12,236 bases of DNA from NCBI GenBank assembly GCA_039591655.1, contig JBDHDE010000095.1, forward strand, positions 1-12,236. Direction: 5' to 3'. Both the position numbers and the translations under genes were made by a program. The DNA is from Gemmatimonadota bacterium. GTDB lineage: Bacteria > Gemmatimonadota > Gemmatimonadetes > Gemmatimonadales > GWC2-71-9. Shown in pieces: positions 7,465-12,236 of the stretch; the stretch's first letter is position 1; each line of letters starts with the position of its first letter. Under the pieces are notes generated by a model. It was not told the DNA's origin and did not search any database. It saw only the letters and a program-made list of their open reading frames with translations.

Positions 7465-7917
7465 TCATGCAGCTTCCGTGCGGGAGCGATCCGTTCCGAT
7501 CACCGTCACCGCGGCGGCCATGAGCACCAGGTCCTTCAACAAGAACTCCCCGGCCAGGCTGAGGAGCGGGAAGCCGCCTTCACCGTAGCTCACCGCCGGC
7601 GCGATCAAGAAGATCAGTAGCGTGCCGGCAAACAGGCCGACGAGCACGATGCCCACGAAGCGCAATCCAATGCCGCCGAAGAGCAAGATCGCGCAGATGA
7701 GCTCGACGACACCCAGGACGTAGACGAATGCCGGGAAGGCGAGGAAGCTCAGCGACGCGTCGAGCAGGTCCACCACCGGGCTCGGGTCGACGAACTTGAG
7801 CGCGCCGATCCATAGCAGCACGATACCGAGGGCGACCCGCAACAACGTCGTACCCCACCTGCCTGCCAACTCCACATACCCGTTCACAGTCTCCCCCTCG
7901 AGTAGATCGTCCCTCAC
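7465..7917 (-). CDS. DoxX-family / YkgB(RclC)-like membrane protein
   Basis: 150 aa with four hydrophobic segments; LLRVALGIVLLWIGALKF, LGVVEL and GEFLLKDLVL motifs. The GTG start overlaps the upstream TGA (GTGA coupling). Confidence 0.85.
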   Translation of the reverse strand: MRDDLLEGETVNGYVELAGRWGTTLLRVALGIVLLWIGALKFVDPSPVVDLLDASLSFLAFPAFVYVLGVVELICAILLFGGIGLRFVGIVLVGLFAGTLLIFLIAPAVSYGEGGFPLLSLAGEFLLKDLVLMAAAVTVIGTDRSRTEAA

Positions 7918-8426
7918 TCCTGCTTCCTGGCGTGGTGGATCAGCCCGAGCACGTCCTTGGCGACCAACCGGCCCACCGCGCCGCTGGAGTAGACGGCCAG
8001 CACCGTCCGGCCCTTGGGGCGCAGTACGAACCCCGTCGCCTGGACGAACGCATCGTCCTTCCCCAGGTACGCCCCGACGCTCTTCTCGATGTCGAGCGGG
8101 TCCAACCCGTACCCCACCTCAAACTCTATACCGAGCTCCCTCACCGTGGTCCGCGCCTCCGCCTCCGGATCGGCGCTGAGCGCGATCACCGAGACGTCAG
8201 CCGCGCGGAACCGGTAGAGGTTCTCCTGGAAGTCCCGCAGCTGCTGCTTGCAGTAGTAGCACCAGTTCCCCCGATAGAACAGGATCACGGCCCAGCGCCC
8301 GTCCACGTCGCCCGGCAGCACGATCTTCCCCCCTCTCACGCGGTGGGCTCGTACCACCGGGAAGCGCTCGCCCACATCGATGCGGACGGCATGGCCCCGT
8401 ACCGGGGCGTCACCGGTTGCGGTCAT
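7914..8426 (-). CDS. AhpC/TSA-family peroxiredoxin-like (thioredoxin-fold) protein
   Basis: 170 aa; VGERFP, ILFYRGNWCYYCKQQL (CxxC), VIALSAD, ATGFVLRPKG...YSSGAVGR. Confidence 0.88.
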   Translation of the reverse strand: MTATGDAPVRGHAVRIDVGERFPVVRAHRVRGGKIVLPGDVDGRWAVILFYRGNWCYYCKQQLRDFQENLYRFRAADVSVIALSADPEAEARTTVRELGIEFEVGYGLDPLDIEKSVGAYLGKDDAFVQATGFVLRPKGRTVLAVYSSGAVGRLVAKDVLGLIHHARKQE

Positions 8427-8637
8427 CGGTCGTCCACTCTGCTTCGGTGATGCTCATCTCGCCATCTCCTCTCGGCGCCGCGGCGAGCGTGCGCGCAGCG
8501 CGTCGTTCCTGGGTCGGGCAGGCCGGGTAGTGGCCGTGCACCTCGCGGTACACAGCCAACATGGCGTTCCAACGCGGTGCGTGGGCCATGGGATGCGCAT
8601 CGCGCTCAGCACAGTAGGGGCAGCTGGACTCAGCCAT
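8410..8637 (-). CDS. Small hypothetical protein with CxxC and His/Cys cluster (possible metal-binding)
   Basis: 75 aa MAESSCPYCAERDAHPMAH...HGHYPACP. GGAG lies 8 nt upstream of the ATG; co-oriented between two real genes; overlaps the next start by 17 nt. Confidence 0.4.
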   Translation of the reverse strand: MAESSCPYCAERDAHPMAHAPRWNAMLAVYREVHGHYPACPTQERRAARTLAAAPRGDGEMSITEAEWTTDDRNR

Positions 8638-8724
8638 CGGCGGACTCCACCCGCCGCGGTGCCGCGGCCGGTGGAGTCGTCCCGCCTGTGAGAGACACGG
8701 TCTGCTGCGAGGCGTAGTCCCTTA

Positions 8725-9861
8725 TTACCGGGCCACCATGCCGTTGGCGCCGCCCGGCAGCGCTCCGAAGTCGCCGATGTGCGTGAGCCCGCCCTGCGCC
8801 TCGGCGCGGAACGCGCCCACGGTGCCACCGCCGTTGCGCACGTACAGGAAGCGCCCGCCCGGTGTGAACGCCGCATCGAGGGGTGCGGCGCCGGTGCCCG
8901 CCACCGCCTCCAGCAGGGTCAGCGTGGCGCCGGGGCCAATCGCCAGGCTGGAGATGGTGCCGCTCGCCGTGTTGGTGGTGTAGGCGAACTTGCCGTTCTG
9001 GCTGATGGCGATCCAGCACGCCGCCAACTGGGTGGTGGCCACCTGGCCGGAGATCACCGTCAGGTTGCCGGCTCGATCCAGCCGGTAGGAGGAGGCGGTG
9101 CTCAGGTTCGGCGGGCCGCCCTGGGCCTCGGACACGACCAGGTCGCCACGCTGGTTGAAGCTGAACCCGAACGGCGTATTGCCGGCCGACGCTTGCGCGT
9201 TGGGACCGCTTGCTACCCCGTCGGATCCGACCGTGTATGTGGTGATCGTGTTGGTCGCCTTCTCGGTCACCACGAGCACGCGCCCGTCGGGAGTGAAGCC
9301 GATCTGCGCGGGGCCGACCGCGGCAGCGCTGAGCGGCTGGACCGATCCCGGGATCGCCGTCGGCGCGCCGTCCGCGCCGAGGCGGAAGCCGGCGATGTTG
9401 CCGGGGGGGCCGGCGTTGAGCACGTAGAGCAGGTCGCCGTGCACGGTGAGGCTGATGGGCCGCGTGCCGCCCGACGCGACGGGCGCGCCGATGAGCGCGA
9501 GCCCCGTGCGGGTGACGCGGAACGCCGAGACGTCGTTACTGCCGGCGTTCACCACGTAGAGGCGGCGGTGATCCTCGGTGATGATCACGGAGCCCTGGTT
9601 GCCCAGGCCGCCGCCGGTGCCGGTCCCGCCGGTCGCGTAGGTGCCGGCAGGCGTGGGCCGGCCGTCGGCCGAGCGATCGAACACGATGACGCCGTTACCC
9701 CCGGGGGCGTTGCTCATCAGGTAAACGGCACCGGGGCCGCTCAGCCCCGCCGCCGATGCCGTGAGACCGAGGTCCGTCCCGGGCTCTACCGGCTCTCCGG
9801 AACAGGCCGCGGCGGTCAGCCCTGCGAGTGCCACGACCCACAAGCGACGATTCGTTTGCAT
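8725..9861 (-). CDS. Lactonase-family 7-bladed beta-propeller lipoprotein (6-phosphogluconolactonase-like fold)
   Basis: 378 aa; lipobox LTAAAC; blade repeats LYVVNAGSNDVSAF, LYVLNAG, FTPDGRVLVVTEK, ISQNGKFAYTTN, FTPGGRFLYVRN. AGGAG RBS upstream. Confidence 0.9.
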   Translation of the reverse strand: MQTNRRLWVVALAGLTAAACSGEPVEPGTDLGLTASAAGLSGPGAVYLMSNAPGGNGVIVFDRSADGRPTPAGTYATGGTGTGGGLGNQGSVIITEDHRRLYVVNAGSNDVSAFRVTRTGLALIGAPVASGGTRPISLTVHGDLLYVLNAGPPGNIAGFRLGADGAPTAIPGSVQPLSAAAVGPAQIGFTPDGRVLVVTEKATNTITTYTVGSDGVASGPNAQASAGNTPFGFSFNQRGDLVVSEAQGGPPNLSTASSYRLDRAGNLTVISGQVATTQLAACWIAISQNGKFAYTTNTASGTISSLAIGPGATLTLLEAVAGTGAAPLDAAFTPGGRFLYVRNGGGTVGAFRAEAQGGLTHIGDFGALPGGANGMVAR

Positions 9862-9920
9862 CTGCGCATCTCCTTGAAAGAGAAGAGATGGTGCCGCGGC
9901 CGGCGCCGGCGCTCCGCGTG

Positions 9921-10108
9921 AGAGCGCCTCGTGCCAAGCCGCGGTGGCCTTGGCCTAAGGCAACGACCGTGCCGCGATGCCGCTGTTCTTGGGAAGCCGT
10001 CGAAGTGGTTGTCGAACAGGCGATTAGCGACTTGGCGCCGGGCGCGGCCCCCGGGTTCGCACGTTTCATCGCAACCGGAGAGCATTCACCGAGCGTGTGC
10101 ATGAAACA
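9921..10108 (-). promoter_or_regulatory. Possible degenerate sigma54 promoter and upstream activator sites for the 9861->7465 operon
   Basis: Minus strand TTGGCACGAGGCGCTCT (9937-9921) has a perfect -24 box but the GC is 2 nt too close. An inverted pair GTTTCAT (10063-10069) / ATGAAAC (10101-10107) lies 130-170 nt upstream. Confidence 0.3.
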
Positions 10109-10132
10109 ACGCCGGCCGGCGGTGACCGCAGG

Positions 10133-10289
10133 CGTCCCTTGCCGGGTGCAGAGGTCAAAGTGCCTGTGTCACACGACAAGATGTCGTGTCAAGTGTCGTG
10201 ATATGTCGTGTTGGCTCACGGACACAACAGCGCCCGGCGCGGAACCGGGCAGCGAGAAGCCCCGAACGCCGATGTGACGCTCGGGGCTT
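10133..10289. repeat. R element copy 3 (no tRNA core; arm heptamers + two hairpins)
   Basis: CGTCCCTTGCCGGG matches copies 1 and 2. CACGACA (inverted, 10172) and TGTCGTG at 10182, 10194, 10204 have the same spacing as copies 1 and 2. Tail hairpins at 10232-10250 and 10257-10289. Confidence 0.88.
10257..10289 (-). terminator. Terminator-like hairpin downstream of the lipoprotein gene (part of the R tail)
   Basis: Minus strand AAGCCCCGAGCGTC-ACATC-GGCGTTCGGGGCTT: a 14-bp stem with G-U pairs that folds fully only on the minus strand, 23 nt after the stop at 10313. Confidence 0.55.
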
Positions 10290-10312
10290 GCCAGTCCGCG
10301 GCCTCGCTGGTC

Positions 10313-11086
10313 CTATCCGCCCAAGCTGTCGATCACGGCCTGCGTCATGTCGATGAGCGTCTGTGCTGCGGACGGCGTGATGCGCCTGCCGGCCCGCGCC
10401 TGCACACTACGGATGAACGCTTCCAGTGTGCGCTGAGCAGTGGTGTTCTGGTAGTCGCGGATGTCCGCCTCCGCATTCGACAAGAATCGCTGCATGTTCT
10501 CGGCAGTGGAGCGGTTGTCGATGGACCCATCCGTGAGGAACTCGTCCACCGTGCTGGCGATGGCGGCCAATCTCTCGACTGTTGGGGTTGCCGCCTCGCT
10601 GAATCCGGCGAGGTCCACGACCCCCGTGGAATCAGAGAAGAGGTCTTGGATGCGGAGCCGTAGTTGCATGCCTCCCGAGAGAAGGTTATACCGGGGCACC
10701 GAATATGTCTTGGTGACACTTCGAGTCGTGCCGGCGGCCACTATTGAGTCGGAGGGTCTGGTTAAGGACCCGTACGGCGTCCCATCTCCGTAGAACCGAA
10801 AGGTCCCTGCAGCGACGGCACCATCCAGATCGGCTTGGCTGAAAACGGTGATGATCACGTCCAGGAACATCTTGCCGGGGGGCGCGGACACGGTAAGCCC
10901 TCCCTCCACCGGGAAGGATTTCCGCGCCACAACACCGGTGACGGTGAAGGCCGTGCTCCCGAGAGTCAGCGTGTCGCCGATGCTCGCATAGGCCGGTGTG
11001 TCGCCGATGCTCGCATCGGCCGGCGGAGGTCCCTCGCCGCACCCGATCAGGAGAGCGAGAGCCAGACCAAGAAGTGCTGTACGCAT
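10313..11086 (-). CDS. Hypothetical lipoprotein: Ig-like (DUF4352-like) domain + C-terminal FIMAH-like helical domain
   Basis: ATG 11086 with AGGGGG RBS; MRTALLGLALALLIGC lipobox; beta-rich middle (IGDTLTLGSTAFTVTGV, APPGKMFLDVIITV). The C-terminus ...GSIDNRSTAENMQRFL...LEAFIRSVQARAGRRITPSAAQTLIDMTQAVI resembles FIMAH. Confidence 0.8.
   Translation of the reverse strand: MRTALLGLALALLIGCGEGPPPADASIGDTPAYASIGDTLTLGSTAFTVTGVVARKSFPVEGGLTVSAPPGKMFLDVIITVFSQADLDGAVAAGTFRFYGDGTPYGSLTRPSDSIVAAGTTRSVTKTYSVPRYNLLSGGMQLRLRIQDLFSDSTGVVDLAGFSEAATPTVERLAAIASTVDEFLTDGSIDNRSTAENMQRFLSNAEADIRDYQNTTAQRTLEAFIRSVQARAGRRITPSAAQTLIDMTQAVIDSLGG
10971..11024. repeat. 27-bp in-frame tandem duplication
   Basis: GTGTCGCCGATGCTCGCATAGGCCGGT / GTGTCGCCGATGCTCGCATCGGCCGGC (25/27 identical), encoding PADASIGDT-PAYASIGDT. 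Confidence 0.9.
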
Positions 11087-11139
11087 ACGGTCCCCCTGCG
11101 ACCTCAGGAGGGTTTGCTCACTTCCCGTCGGTGGTCCTA

Positions 11140-11283
11140 CGGTCACGTCCGTCGGTGGGGCGTCCAAGTGGAGGGCGCTCGCTCTGGCGAGGCGGGCCGT
11201 CGAGGCCATCGGCGGTTCGACGGATACCGCCAAAGTGCCGCCACGGGCAGGCGACATAAGGTCGAATCGGGTCGGGATTCGGC
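11140..11283. repeat. L element copy 2 (upstream of the lipoprotein)
   Basis: Colinear with 3074-3213, including the identical 22-mer and 12-mer blocks. Confidence 0.85.
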
Positions 11284-11290
11284 CTGCAAG

Positions 11291-11357
11291 CACCAGCGCC
11301 CGGCACGGGGCCGGGCAGTGGAGAGAAGCCGCGAACGCCGCTCTGACGCTCGGGGTT
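11291..11357. repeat. R element tail copy 4 (double hairpin only)
   Basis: CAGCGCCCGGCACGGGGCCGGGCAGTGGAGAGAAGCCGCGAACGCCGCTCTGACGCTCGGGG aligns with 10228-10286; both hairpins are retained. Confidence 0.85.
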
Positions 11358-11388
11358 ACTCAGGACTATCGACGCCGCATGTTGCGCT

Positions 11389-12236
11389 CTACCTGCCGCT
11401 CAGCATACCCAGGTCGATCATGCCCCCAGACGCTGTCCAGAGGAAGGCGCGCCGCTCGCCAGCGGCAGTCGTGCTGGTACCGACAACCTGGCCCAGCTCA
11501 TTGATGGCGCTGGCGTCACTCAGCGTGCCACCCAGTGTACCGAGGTCGGCCATGCCGCCAGCTGCTGTCCAGAGGAATGCGTGGAGGTCGCCCGACGCCG
11601 TCCTGCTCCTCCCGACCACCTGGCCGGCCTCGTTAATGCCGGATGCAAAGCTCGACGCGCCTCCCAGCGTGCCAAGATCCGTCGTCGCTCCCCCGACTGC
11701 CCACACGCAGGCGTGGGGTCCCGACGCGGACTCCGCCCATCCAGCGATCTGTCCGAGATCATTCATGTCCAAGGCCTCACTGAACTCGCCACCCAGTGTG
11801 CCAAGGTCTGTCATACCGCCTTGAGGTGTCCAGAGGAAGGCGTGAGACTCGCCCGAAGCGGTCTCGCTCACGCCCACGACCTCACCAGTGCCGTTGACCC
11901 CGTATGCACGGCTCCGAGTACCGCCAAGCGTACCCAGGTCCGTCATGCCTCCGCCTGCGGTCCAGACGAACGCGTGGAGCTTGCCCGCAGTGGTCCGGGC
12001 CGACCCCACCACCCGACCGCCGTAATTGATATCCTCCGCCGAACTGGACCTGCCCCCCAGCGTTCCCAGGTCAGTCATGCCGGCAGCAGCGGTCCAGATG
12101 AAGGCGTGGACGACGGTGCCGGTCTCGCTCGATCCCACAACCTGGCCCCTCGCGTTGATGCCCGACGCCACGTTCCACGACATTCCGCCCAGCGAGGGCA
12201 GGGCGGTCATCCCCGCTGCGGACGTCCATAGGAAGG
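11389..12236 (-). CDS. HAF-repeat extracellular protein (C-terminal part; 5' end outside the window)
   Basis: Six ~44-aa repeats of the form A.GIN..GQVVG.S.T.SG..HAF.WT..GGM.DLGTLGG. The frame stays open to the right edge (…FLWTSAAGMT…). Confidence 0.93.
   Translation of the reverse strand, partial: FLWTSAAGMTALPSLGGMSWNVASGINARGQVVGSSETGTVVHAFIWTAAAGMTDLGTLGGRSSSAEDINYGGRVVGSARTTAGKLHAFVWTAGGGMTDLGTLGGTRSRAYGVNGTGEVVGVSETASGESHAFLWTPQGGMTDLGTLGGEFSEALDMNDLGQIAGWAESASGPHACVWAVGGATTDLGTLGGASSFASGINEAGQVVGRSRTASGDLHAFLWTAAGGMADLGTLGGTLSDASAINELGQVVGTSTTAAGERRAFLWTASGGMIDLGMLSGR

Larger units (their letters stand above)
688..12236. mobile_element. End of a tRNA-Gln-associated genomic island / tandem array of small integrative units; other end outside the window
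   Basis: Displaced tRNA-Gln 3' half at the boundary, a second core copy at 3218, repeated arm-like elements, a tRNA-Pro fragment, two pseudogenes and unrelated accessory cargo. No integrase is visible. Confidence 0.6.

Noticed and set aside
8779..9921. 380-aa + strand ORF (and similar shadows 46..414, 932..1648, 6134..7090, 10835..11824)
   Set aside because: Antisense to well-supported genes.
711..11357. CRISPR array or canonical integron attC array
   Set aside because: The repeats are 140-180 bp and kilobases apart. No RYYYAAC/GTTRRRY boxes with attC spacing were found, and there is no cas or intI gene.
11389..12236. ~132-bp nucleotide repeats as a mobile or array feature
   Set aside because: Fully explained by HAF protein repeats.

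Overview
GC-rich bacterial DNA. The N-terminus of the Ser/Thr kinase at the left edge is of the type typical of Gemmatimonadota (inference). After the partial kinase gene, the rest of the window looks like the end of an accessory island. It begins with the 3' half of a tRNA-Gln(CTG) gene (688-729, minus strand, cut at the anticodon loop) and its downstream hairpin. The cargo is almost all on the minus strand: an Ntn-hydrolase acylase lipoprotein, a K+ channel with two RCK domains, a DinB remnant, an internally deleted sigma54 activator (+ strand), a putative redox operon (beta-propeller lipoprotein, small CxxC ORF, peroxiredoxin-like protein, DoxX), a FIMAH-like lipoprotein and a HAF-repeat protein. 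The most striking feature is non-coding. Two families of 140-180 bp elements recur between the cargo genes. The 'R' element (711, 3218, 10133, tail at 11291) has a tRNA-Gln core plus identically spaced TGTCGTG arm-like heptamers and hairpins, and lies downstream of genes. The 'L' element (3074, 11140) lies upstream of genes. A second tRNA fragment (tRNA-Pro 3' end, 5398-5433) has its own periodic repeats. No integrase or transposase gene is in the window. The pattern suggests a tRNA-anchored tandem array of small, non-autonomous, mostly single-gene integrative cassettes.
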